Below are positions 11,035 through 19,377 of a stretch of 64,000 nucleotides of DNA, one piece after another. This DNA is from an uncultured delta proteobacterium. Lineage in GTDB: Bacteria > Desulfobacterota > Desulfobacteria > Desulfobacterales > SpSt-501. The notes beneath the pieces are model-generated. The model ran no database searches, was not told the origin of the DNA, and saw nothing but the letters and a program-made list of their open reading frames with translations. The translations under genes and the position numbers were made by a program. Each line of letters opens with the position of its first letter. The first letter of the stretch is position 1. The DNA is taken from positions 82,837 through 146,836 of the forward strand of contig CAVQUW010000019.1 in NCBI GenBank assembly GCA_963716785.1. Reading direction: 5' to 3'.

Positions 11035-12036
11035 CTACTTCATCAGCCCGGCCTCCTTGTAGTACTTCATGGCGCCGGGGTGGATCGGTGCGCTCAGGCC
11101 CTGCACCATCTCCTCCTTGGTCAGGGTGGAGAAGGCCTCGTGGAGCTTCTTGAACTCCTCCAGGTTTTCGAACACCTCCTTGGTGACGGCGTAGACCACG
11201 TCGTCGGGCATGTCGGCCCGGGTCACGAAGGTCGCCTTCACGGCGAAGGTCGGCACGTCTGCCTTGTTGGTCGCCATCTCATAGAAGGCCATGGGGATCT
11301 TGGCCTTGACGTAGTAGGGGAACTTCTTCACCAGGGTGGTGAGCTGGGCGTCGTCGATCGGCACGAAACCCACCTTCTCCCGGCCGGCGGTGGACTCCTT
11401 GATCATGCCGGCGGGGTTGCCCACCGTGTAGATGAAGGCGTCGATGCGGCCGTCCTGGAGCATCTTGGGGGACTCGGCCGGCTTGAGGTCCTCGGCCTTG
11501 GAGAAGTCGGCGTGCCCCATCTTGTACTCCGTCAGGATGTCGAGGAAGTTCTGGCGCTGGCCGGATCCGGGGTTGCCCACCGCCACGCGTTTGCCCTTCA
11601 GGTCGGTGAACTTCTTGATCCCGCTCGCCTCGGTGGCCACGATGAAAAAGGTCTCCGGGTGGATGGAGAAGACGGCCCGCAGGTCCTTCTGCGGACCGGC
11701 GTCCTTCCACTCCGCCAGGCCGTTGATGGCCTGGAACTGGCGGTCGGACTGCACGACGCCGAACTCCAGGTCCCCCTTGAGGATGGCGTTGACGTTGAAC
11801 ACCGACCCCCCGGTGGACTCCACGGTGCAGCGGATGTTGTACTGGTCCTTTTTCAGGTTCACGATCTTGGCGATCGCCCCGCCGGTGGGGTAGTAGACGC
11901 CGGTGACCCCTCCGGTGCCGATGGTGACGAATTTCGTGGCCGCCGCGGCCTGGCCGCCTCCGAACCCGATCAGGCCGACGACGGCAAACACGGCTAGTGC
12001 CGTGACGATACGGAAGCTCTTGAAATTCAGTTTCAT
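11035..12036 (-). CDS. TAXI-family TRAP solute-binding protein
   Basis: TIGTGGVTGVYYPTGGAI, STGGSVFN, GNPGSG, APIHPGA. Confidence 0.93.
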   Translation of the reverse strand: MKLNFKSFRIVTALAVFAVVGLIGFGGGQAAAATKFVTIGTGGVTGVYYPTGGAIAKIVNLKKDQYNIRCTVESTGGSVFNVNAILKGDLEFGVVQSDRQFQAINGLAEWKDAGPQKDLRAVFSIHPETFFIVATEASGIKKFTDLKGKRVAVGNPGSGQRQNFLDILTEYKMGHADFSKAEDLKPAESPKMLQDGRIDAFIYTVGNPAGMIKESTAGREKVGFVPIDDAQLTTLVKKFPYYVKAKIPMAFYEMATNKADVPTFAVKATFVTRADMPDDVVYAVTKEVFENLEEFKKLHEAFSTLTKEEMVQGLSAPIHPGAMKYYKEAGLMK

Positions 12037-12081
12037 GGCATGTCCCTCCTGTCATGTTGATGGTTTCAGTTGGCCAGAGGC

Positions 12082-12852
12082 TCATTCCTTTCGGGGTTTG
12101 CGTGCTTGAAAATCCCGCAGCGCCTCCTGGCGTTCGGGCGCGGACACCGTCGCCAGGCAGGCCTCTGTTTCGTAGTCCATGAGGGCCTCGAGGCTGACCT
12201 CCGGGGCCATGTCGATGCCTTTCTTGATCAGCCGGATCGAAAACGCCGAGTTGGGAGCAATCTTGCGGGCCATCTCCAGGGCGGTCTCCATGAGCCGATC
12301 GTCGGCCACGACCTGATTCACCAGCCCGATGCGCATGCCTTCACGGCCGTCGATGGTCTCGCTGGTAAAGAGCAGCTCTTTGGCTTTCCCCGGTCCGACC
12401 AGAAGCGGCAGCAGACGCATGGCACCACCCGTCACGGATGAAGACACCTTGGCTTCGGGCGAACCGAACCGGGCCCCCTCGCCGGCGATGCGAAGATCGC
12501 AGGCCAGGGCCAGCTCGTACCCGGACCCCAGGGCATAGCCGTTGACGGCGGCGATGGTGGGCTTCTCGAAGCGGAGGATCAGGCGCGAAATCTCCTGCAG
12601 GTGGTTCAGATAGTCTCGGTATTGAGCGAGCGTGCGGTCCTTCGAGTCCTTGAGGTCGGCCCCGGTGGAAAACGCTCGTCCCTGGCCGGTCAGGACCACC
12701 ACCCGCACGCCATCGTCCGCGCGTGCGGCAAGAAAGGCCTCCCGCAGGTCCAGCCAAAGCTGCTTGTTCATGGCATTCAGCACTTTCGGCCGGTTCAACG
12801 TGATGACGGCCACCTGCTCTTTTTTCTCGTAAATCACGGTCTCGAAATCCAT
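12082..12852 (-). CDS. Enoyl-CoA hydratase/isomerase family protein
   Basis: ITLNRP.VLNA, FSTGADL, KPTIAAVNGYALGSGYELALACDLRIA, FGSPE. Confidence 0.92.
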   Translation of the reverse strand: MDFETVIYEKKEQVAVITLNRPKVLNAMNKQLWLDLREAFLAARADDGVRVVVLTGQGRAFSTGADLKDSKDRTLAQYRDYLNHLQEISRLILRFEKPTIAAVNGYALGSGYELALACDLRIAGEGARFGSPEAKVSSSVTGGAMRLLPLLVGPGKAKELLFTSETIDGREGMRIGLVNQVVADDRLMETALEMARKIAPNSAFSIRLIKKGIDMAPEVSLEALMDYETEACLATVSAPERQEALRDFQARKPRKE

Positions 12853-12867
12853 GCGTCCCTTCCTCCG

Positions 12868-15006
12868 TCACTCGGTCAGGATGATGCGGGCATCCACCAC
12901 GCTGCTGCCATGGGAGTGGACGATGACCGGGTTGAGATCCAGCTCCGCCAGATCGGGGTTTTCGGTTGCGATCAGCGACAGGCATTCGATCGTGCGGCGA
13001 ACGGCCTCGATGTCCTTTTCACCCTCGCCGCGAACGCCCTTGAGAAGCGCCGCGCCGCGGATGGATGCCGTCATGCGCTCCACGTCGTTCGCGCTCAGGG
13101 GGGCCACGCCGAAGGCCACATCTTTGAGCACCTCGACGAAAATGCCCCCGAGCCCGAACATGACCACCGGCCCGAACCCCGGGTCCCGGAAGATGCCGAA
13201 AATGCACTCCTGCCCCGACGGCGCCATGGGGGAGACCAGGAACCCCTCGACCCGCGCCGTCGAGAGCGCCGCCGCCGTCTGCTTGATGATGGCGCGCGCG
13301 GCGTTTTTCACGGCCGTGGCGCTGCCGAGGTTCAGCTTGACGCCCCCTGCGTCCGACTTGTGCAGGATGTCCGGGGAGACGATTTTGAGGGCGACCGGAA
13401 ACCCCAGCTTCCGGGCCGCCATGGCGGCCTCGTCGGGAGAACGCGCGAAGGCCGACGGGGGCAGCCGCAGACCGTAGCGGCGCAGGATTTCGAGCGCCTC
13501 GGTTTCAAGCAGGTTCCGGCGCCCCTCCCGTCGCGCGGCCGCGATGACTTCCTGCACCCCGCTTCGCCGGCTCCCGTCGGCCTCGAAAAGCGTGACCCGC
13601 TCAGGCCGGCTATAGTTCGCCTCCTGGCGCGCCAGGGCCGACAGACACTGGGCGATGCGGTCCGAGCTGGCATGCACCGGGATCCCGCCCTGCTTCAGAA
13701 CGGACACCGCCTCGTAGTCCTCCATGGCGAAGCTCGTGTGGACCGCCAGCGGTTTCCCGGATTGCCGGACCAGATCCACCAGCCTCCGCGACGCTTCCGC
13801 CTCCAGCGCGCCGACATGCGGTGCGATAATGTCCTTGAACCCGCCGAAAAACCCGGTGAGGTAGACCATGTCCACCTCGTCGGCGGCCATGACCGCCTCC
13901 ACGCAGGCGGCGACCACCGGCGGGTTTTCCTCGGCCGTTCCACCGTAGTCGATCGGGTTGTGGGCGGGCATGCCGGAGAGCAGGTGGGGCTTGATGCGCT
14001 CTTGGGTTTCAGCCGACAGCACCGGCACCGCGAGCCCCCATCGTTCGGCATTGTCCGCGGCCACCGAATTGTCCCCTCCCCCTTCCGAAAGAATCGCCAC
14101 CCGATTCCCTCTCGGCTTCGGGCAGTCCAGCAACGTCTCGGCCAGATCGAACATCTCGTCGATGTTCGAAACGCGCAGGATCCCCGCCTGTTCGAAGGCG
14201 GCCTCCACGATGCGGTCGTCGGCGGCGAGCGCCCCGGTGTGGGACGCGCTGGCCCGGCGGCCGGCCGTGGTGCGGCCCACCTTTATGGCGATGATCGGCT
14301 TGGTGCGCGTCGCCTTCCGGCAGGCCCGGATGAACTCGTCTCCCTGCTTGATGCTTTCGAGGTAAAGCATGATGACCCGGGTCTCGGGATCGGCCGCCAG
14401 GAAGTCGATATAGTGGTGGAATCGCACCCCGATGGCGTTGCCGGAGGAAATGATCCGTGAAAACCCCCTTCCGCGCCGCCGCGCAAAGTGGGTCAGCGAG
14501 TCGATGATGTTCCCGCTCTGCGCCAGGATGGACAAATGCCCCGGCCGGATCCCGGGGATGCCCAGGAAGTTCATCCGTCCGGAGGCCGAATACATGCCGG
14601 AGCAGTTCGGCCCGATGACATGGATGCCGTGGCGCTCGGCGATGTCCATGATCTGGGCCTCGATCCGCTTGCCCTCGGGACCGGTTTCCCCGAGCCCGGC
14701 GGTGATGATGATGACGCCCTTGGCCCCTTTCTCGGCCGCCTCCTGGACGGCCTGGGGGATCAGCCTGCCCGGGATGACGATCATGGCCAGGTCGATCCGA
14801 CCGTCCACCGCCGTCAGCGACGGATAGGCCCGGATGCCGAAAAGCGTGTCGCGCTTGGGGTTGATGAGATAGACCCTGCCCGGGTAGCGGCCTTCGAGCA
14901 AACTGCGGGTTCTGCGCTCCGCGGCCTTCCCGGGAGTTTCGGAGGCTCCCAGGACCGCGACGGCGGCGGGGTTGAACAGGGGGTCCAACGCATGCGGTGT
15001 GTCCAT
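12868..15006 (-). CDS. NDP-forming acyl-CoA synthetase (acetate-CoA ligase family, fused alpha/beta)
   Basis: CoA-binding N-domain, IGPNC, AQSG, SHTGALA phospho-His motif, HKSDAGGV ATP-grasp, ELDLNP; start at MDTPH after RBS AAAGGAG. Confidence 0.9.
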   Translation of the reverse strand: MDTPHALDPLFNPAAVAVLGASETPGKAAERRTRSLLEGRYPGRVYLINPKRDTLFGIRAYPSLTAVDGRIDLAMIVIPGRLIPQAVQEAAEKGAKGVIIITAGLGETGPEGKRIEAQIMDIAERHGIHVIGPNCSGMYSASGRMNFLGIPGIRPGHLSILAQSGNIIDSLTHFARRRGRGFSRIISSGNAIGVRFHHYIDFLAADPETRVIMLYLESIKQGDEFIRACRKATRTKPIIAIKVGRTTAGRRASASHTGALAADDRIVEAAFEQAGILRVSNIDEMFDLAETLLDCPKPRGNRVAILSEGGGDNSVAADNAERWGLAVPVLSAETQERIKPHLLSGMPAHNPIDYGGTAEENPPVVAACVEAVMAADEVDMVYLTGFFGGFKDIIAPHVGALEAEASRRLVDLVRQSGKPLAVHTSFAMEDYEAVSVLKQGGIPVHASSDRIAQCLSALARQEANYSRPERVTLFEADGSRRSGVQEVIAAARREGRRNLLETEALEILRRYGLRLPPSAFARSPDEAAMAARKLGFPVALKIVSPDILHKSDAGGVKLNLGSATAVKNAARAIIKQTAAALSTARVEGFLVSPMAPSGQECIFGIFRDPGFGPVVMFGLGGIFVEVLKDVAFGVAPLSANDVERMTASIRGAALLKGVRGEGEKDIEAVRRTIECLSLIATENPDLAELDLNPVIVHSHGSSVVDARIILTE

Positions 15007-15029
15007 CGCAACGGCTCCTTTTCGGGGGC

Positions 15030-15967
15030 TCATGAAGAGCGCCTGCTCGTGCGGGGTGCTCTTTTTCGGACTGCGACTCAACCGCCCAATCGGGCAGGGT
15101 GCGCTTTTCGGACTGGTAATAGATGTTTTTGTCTTCCCACAATCGCTCCATCTGCCGCAGTTGCCTGACCGATTCCGCGCCCCCCAGGAATGCCACCGCC
15201 GTCACGACGGCGTTGACGAGGCTCAAGGCGGCCACATAGGACTCGATGAAAGAGTCGATGCGGCAGTGCGCGGTCAGCACGTGGTCGGACACCGGCACCA
15301 GCGGCGAAAACGGCGAATCGGTGAGGCTGACGACCACACACCCCGCGCGGTGAGCCGCCTCGGCCACCTCGACCGTCAAGCGGGTGTAGCGCGGAAAGGA
15401 TATCGCCACCAGAACCGAATCCTGTGAAATGCCGCTCACCTCCCGCCACATCTCCCCGCTGCCCGGGACGATCAGCCGGGTCCTTTTCCCCAGAAACCCG
15501 AGGGTGCTCGCCAGCATGACCGCCAGCGAGTGGGCCGTGCGCATGCCGATGATGTTCACCTCCCGGGCGGCCACGAGAATCTGCGCGATGCGGACGATGG
15601 TGTCACGATCCAGATGTTCGGCGGTCTGCGCAAGGTTGTTCGCATCCTGCTCGACCACGGCCGCGATGAGGTCCTCCACACTGGCGATGCGCCGGGAGGT
15701 GCGTTTCAGGCGCGAGACCGTATCGATCCGATTGACGTTGGCCGAGCGCAGGTGCTGCTTCATCTCGAGAAACCCCTCGAAGCCGAGGGCCTGCGCCAGG
15801 CGCACGACGGTGGCATCCGACACCCCGCATTCCTCGGCGAGCTGGGCTGCGGTCATGAAGACCACCTCTTCGGAGTTCTGAAGGATGTAGCGGGCCAGCT
15901 GGCCCTGCCGCCGGGTCAAGGGCGATTTCACCCGGGTCAACCAGTTGTTGGGGTCGATCGAGCGCAT
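15030..15967 (-). CDS. RpiR/MurR family transcriptional regulator (3' end needs one frameshift to reach TGA at 15030-15032)
   Basis: HTH LAEECGVSDATVVRLAQALGFEGF; SIS domain ISFPRYT, LTDSPFSPL. Confidence 0.88.
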
Positions 15968-16006
15968 CTCATGGTGGTGTAATTTTTTTTTCATTTTTTC
16001 CATAGC

Positions 16007-16024
16007 ATGTAATTTTTCCTACAT
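16007..16024. promoter_or_regulatory. Putative RpiR/HexR-type operator
   Basis: Imperfect palindrome ATGTAATTTTTCCTACAT upstream of the regulator, a related site TGTAATTTTTTTTTCA near 15978, and TTGACA on the minus strand at 16036-16041. Confidence 0.5.
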
Positions 16025-16306
16025 CAACGCACGCATGTCAAGCACAATTTTTGACGGAACCTTGGTTTGGGGGCGGAGCAAGCCGCGTGGGACCGTGAGA
16101 AGGCCGTCAGGGAGCAGGACTCGATACGCGGAGGAGTTGCAGGCGGCAAGCGGCTCACCCGCAGGGTCCCCGGTACGGCGGAGGCCCTGCGGGTGCTTCA
16201 ACTCGCGGTGGGGCTGTCGGTGGAAAGTCGATCCTTCACGGCAAGGCCAGGATCGATGTCTTGCCGTCTTTAGGCCGGCGGGGCCGCCGTTGACCCTCGG
16301 AGAGGC

Positions 16307-16744
16307 TCAGACGGGGATGGTGATGACCGGCACGCTGGTGCATTTGAGCACCCGCTCGGCGACGCTTCCGAAATTGAAGTGGCCCTCGCTGCCGCGGCTG
16401 GCCATGACCACCATGTCGATCTTTTCCTTTTCGATCAGCTTGAGGATCTCCTTGGCGGGCTCCCCGATGCTGATGTGCCGGATGTAGAGCGGGCACTCGT
16501 TCAGGAACTTGTCGCAGATCTCGTTCAGGCGCGAATCCGCGGTCTGCTTCTCCCACTCCTGCATCTTCTTCAGGTCCTCGGGGTCGAACTGCCCGTAGGA
16601 GGCGCCGAAGGCGGGATAGTCCTTCATCACGTAAAGAATGTGGATCTCCGCCCCGTATTTTTGGGTCAGCGAGGTGACCAGCGGCAGCGCCTTGGCGGCG
16701 TTTTCGGAAAAATCGGTCGGCCACAGAATTCGGTTGATCTCCAT
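16307..16744 (-). CDS. Universal stress protein (UspA family)
   Basis: RILWPTDFSE, DMVVMASRG, FGSVAERVLK..PV. Confidence 0.92.
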   Translation of the reverse strand: MEINRILWPTDFSENAAKALPLVTSLTQKYGAEIHILYVMKDYPAFGASYGQFDPEDLKKMQEWEKQTADSRLNEICDKFLNECPLYIRHISIGEPAKEILKLIEKEKIDMVVMASRGSEGHFNFGSVAERVLKCTSVPVITIPV

Positions 16745-16822
16745 TGCTCTCTCCTTCGTCTTCATCCTCACCATGTGGTAGCATATCACCGGGTTCCGGC
16801 GTGAGAGAGCCTTGTACCATCA

Positions 16823-17144
16823 TTAGATCGGCGGTGCAATAGTCACCATCACCCGCATGTCGCTCACGGCCCGGACCCCGTGGGGTTCGTTGATGTCGGA
16901 GATGAGCACATCCCCCGTGTTGGCGGGCAGGGTCTGGCCGTCCTTGCCGAGAAACAACCCGTTTCCCTCGAGCACCGGCGATGCTGAGCTGACCGTCGGC
17001 CTCGTGGGAGTGGATCGGCAGCTCCTGGCCGGCCTTGAAATTGAAGTTGAGCACCCTGAAATAGGGTGAGTCGTGCACCAGCAGCTTGCTCATGGCCTTG
17101 TCGTTGAACTTGCCGTCCTTGAACACTTCCACTCGTTTCAACAT
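16823..17144 (-). pseudogene. Cupin-domain protein, single +1 frameshift near 16976
   Basis: FKAGQELPIHSH... then VLEGNG...GDVLISDINEPHGVRA...VMVTIAPPI* in the next frame. Confidence 0.75.
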
Positions 17145-17227
17145 GATCCGGCCCTCCTTTATTTGAGCGGTTGATGGAAACACCCACTGTGTTCAGGGCA
17201 TAGTAGTGGACTAATAGAATCACTGCA

Positions 17228-17241
17228 TTGATTCAAGTCAA
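17228..17241. promoter_or_regulatory. FNR/HcpR-like (Crp family) box upstream of cupin-USP
   Basis: TTGATTCAAGTCAA = TTGAT-N4-GTCAA, one mismatch to TTGAT-N4-ATCAA. Confidence 0.45.
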
Positions 17242-17388
17242 ATAATATGAGGCAGGGTCGCGGGGTGGTTGAGGATGTTGCAATTTAGGATCAGAAAGGC
17301 TATTTCTTGACCAGCCGGCGAACGGACGGAGGTTATCCGGGCGCCGCGGCCTGCATCGAGCCGATCACCCGCGAGGAGACCGACCGCC

Positions 17389-17565
17389 ATGCAAGACGAA
17401 CACATCGCCGCTCAATGCTCGGACCCCACCCAGGAGCTCACCATCCGGATCCCCTGTGTGCTCGCGGAGCGTGTGGAGGCCTACGCCGCGGAGCACGAGA
17501 CCACCCTTTCCAGTGTGGTCATCGAGGCCTTGGACTTCTTCCTCAGACACCGCCCGCGGAGCTGA
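17389..17565 (+). CDS. 58-aa ribbon-helix-helix (CopG-like) small protein, absent from the ORF track
   Basis: MQDEHIAAQCSDPTQELTIRIPCVLAERVEAYAAEHETTLSSVVIEALDFFLRHRPRS*; RBS GAGGAG; LTIRIP strand then two amphipathic helices. Confidence 0.6.
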   Translation: MQDEHIAAQCSDPTQELTIRIPCVLAERVEAYAAEHETTLSSVVIEALDFFLRHRPRS

Positions 17566-17795
17566 ACGGCCGGCCGTTCCCGTAAACGGCGACTTGAAGC
17601 GGGTGTCAAGGATCCAATTGCCGTGCGCCGTTTCCCCATTCTGTTTTGTTTGCCCATCGAGCGTACCGAGCCCTCAGGCTCTTGGGGGGGACCGCCAGCC
17701 TTTCCGCAATTCTGAGGCTGCCCCTGATCGGCTGCCCAAAGAGTGGAGAAGAATCTCCCCTAATTGAGAGACTTTTTTCTCAGACACCCCAATGC

Positions 17796-17945
17796 TGACG
17801 GATTCGTAAAAAGTCTCCATCGTTGTCACCCCGGCGAACGCCGGGGTCCAGAACAGCCTGAAAAGACGGGATTCCTCCCGGACTTGATCCGGGATCCGCC
17901 GGAATGACAGAAAAAGGAATTAAGCGACTTTTTACGAGCCCATCA
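17796..17945. repeat. MITE/REP-like element (family C)
   Basis: Terminal IRs TGACGGATTCGTAAAAAGTC / GACTTTTTACGAGCCCATCA (17/20) around internal GTCA-CCGG hairpins. Confidence 0.7.
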
Positions 17946-18142
17946 ATGCTGCGTTGCGGAAAAAAAAGCTGAAAGGCGCTGAGCCGTGCCTGATGGCGGC
18001 CGACGCTGAAGGCGGTGCATCTCTCCCGCATCTGCGCCGCGCAGCGCATCGAGAGTGGCACATCCTTTGCTTGGATTTATGGCGATCAGGTCCGCGTTCT
18101 CGCGTCGCCTGAGGAAAAAATGTTTTCGCAAGGGGTGTTACG

Positions 18143-18298
18143 ATGATCTGTTCGGAGTGCAACGGAAAAGGATACCGGATCTTCAAGGATGAGGAGGACA
18201 TTTGTCCCGAGTGCCAGGGAAAAGGTGAATTCCTTCCTATCCGGGAGTGCAGCGTCGACGAATCCGGAACCACGGAATGCAGGGTGACGTGGCAATGA
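18143..18298 (+). CDS. 51-aa DnaJ-type zinc-finger microprotein, absent from the ORF track
   Basis: MICSECNGKGYRIFKDEEDICPECQGKGEFLPIRECSVDESGTTECRVTWQ*; two CxxCxGxG motifs; RBS AGGGGTG; downstream terminator. Confidence 0.7.
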   Translation: MICSECNGKGYRIFKDEEDICPECQGKGEFLPIRECSVDESGTTECRVTWQ

Positions 18299-18310
18299 AT
18301 TTCGGAACGC

Positions 18311-18344
18311 GGCCCGCGATCCGACCGGGGTCGCGGCCCTTTTT
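18311..18344 (+). terminator. Rho-independent terminator
   Basis: CCGCGATCC...GGGTCGCGG stem followed by CCCTTTTT. Confidence 0.6.
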
Positions 18345-18430
18345 ATGCCCACTGCCGCAAGCCGCAGGGAAACTTCGTCCGTGAGGAATGCGGTCTTCCT
18401 TCAGCGTTCATCGCTGGCAGCCCCCGGCGC

Positions 18431-18718
18431 TCAGCCCCCGCCCACGAGCAGCATGAAGGTGACGCGGTCGCCGTCTTCGAGCCGGCGGCTGGCCAGCTCC
18501 TCGCGCGCGAGGAACCCCTCCTCGTTGACCATCACCTGGATGGTGAGGTCGAGGCCCCCCTCCTCGTCGAGCAGGACCTGACGCGCCTTGGGCCCGAAGC
18601 GCGCGGTGAGCGACTTCACCAGGTCCGCGACGCTGCCCGCCGGCATCTCGACCACCGCCTTCTTCCCGATGACGGCCGAGAGCGTCGGCAGGCCCAATGA
18701 TGCGACCGTGATCTTCAT
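18431..18718 (-). CDS. moaD: MoaD/ThiS family sulfur carrier
   Basis: About 95 aa beta-grasp pattern with C-terminal LEDGDRVTFMLLVGGG; last gene of the AOR operon. Confidence 0.85.
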   Translation of the reverse strand: MKITVASLGLPTLSAVIGKKAVVEMPAGSVADLVKSLTARFGPKARQVLLDEEGGLDLTIQVMVNEEGFLAREELASRRLEDGDRVTFMLLVGGG

Positions 18719-18720
18719 GC

Positions 18721-19206
18721 TCACTTCCCGTGCCGGCGCATCAGCTCGGAGTAGCTCTCCGCGGCCTCGCGCATCCGACCGCACTGCGACTTGGTGGTGT
18801 CCACGTAGTCCACGGCCTTCATGTCGCAGAAGCGAACGCACTGGGGGTCGCCGTGGCAGAGGTCGCACTTGAACACCCGACCGCGCTCGGCATTCCAACC
18901 CATGGCGCCGAAGGGGCAGGCCTGGACGCACATCTTGCATCCGATGCACAGGTCGTGGTTGATGCGCACGCTGTCGAGCTCGGGGTCGCGGTAGATCGCC
19001 CCCTTGGGGCAGATCGCAAGACAGGGCGCCTCGCGGCACTGCTGGCAGCGCATCGGCAGGTAAAACCCCTCGGTGTCCCACTTGACGACGTGGATGCGGG
19101 CGAGCGAGGGGTTGCTGACGCCGTTGTGTCTCACCGAGCAGACGACTTCGCACAACCGGCAGCCGGTGCATTTCTCAGGGTCCGTGATCATTATTTTCTT
19201 GCCCAT
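18721..19206 (-). CDS. 4x[4Fe-4S] ferredoxin-like subunit (DmsB/AorA type)
   Basis: CTGCRLCEVVC, CQQCREAPCLAICP, CIGCKMCVQACP, KCDLC...PQCVRFC. Confidence 0.92.
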   Translation of the reverse strand: MGKKIMITDPEKCTGCRLCEVVCSVRHNGVSNPSLARIHVVKWDTEGFYLPMRCQQCREAPCLAICPKGAIYRDPELDSVRINHDLCIGCKMCVQACPFGAMGWNAERGRVFKCDLCHGDPQCVRFCDMKAVDYVDTTKSQCGRMREAAESYSELMRRHGK

Positions 19207-19244
19207 GGGGTGTCTCCTTCCCAGGATGTTGAACTCTTTTTTTT

Positions 19245-19268
19245 GTGGGAGCGACATCCGGCCGCGAT
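19245..19268 (+). repeat. REP-like element (family A)
   Basis: GTGGGAGCGACATCCGGCCGCGAT; related copies at 22930, 38022, 59460. Confidence 0.6.
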
Positions 19269-19377
19269 GTTGCGGTCGAGAGCCCTTCGCACAGGGGTTC
19301 ACTTCGGTGCCGGCCGGGGCACGCCTCCCGCCGCAACCCGGCAGCAGCCGACGCTCAGGGGTTCACCCCCTCCTCTC

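Noticed and set aside
14009..16003. 664-aa RpiR 'fusion' protein
   Set aside because: The C-terminal half is an out-of-frame read of the acyl-CoA synthetase gene, caused by a missing stop
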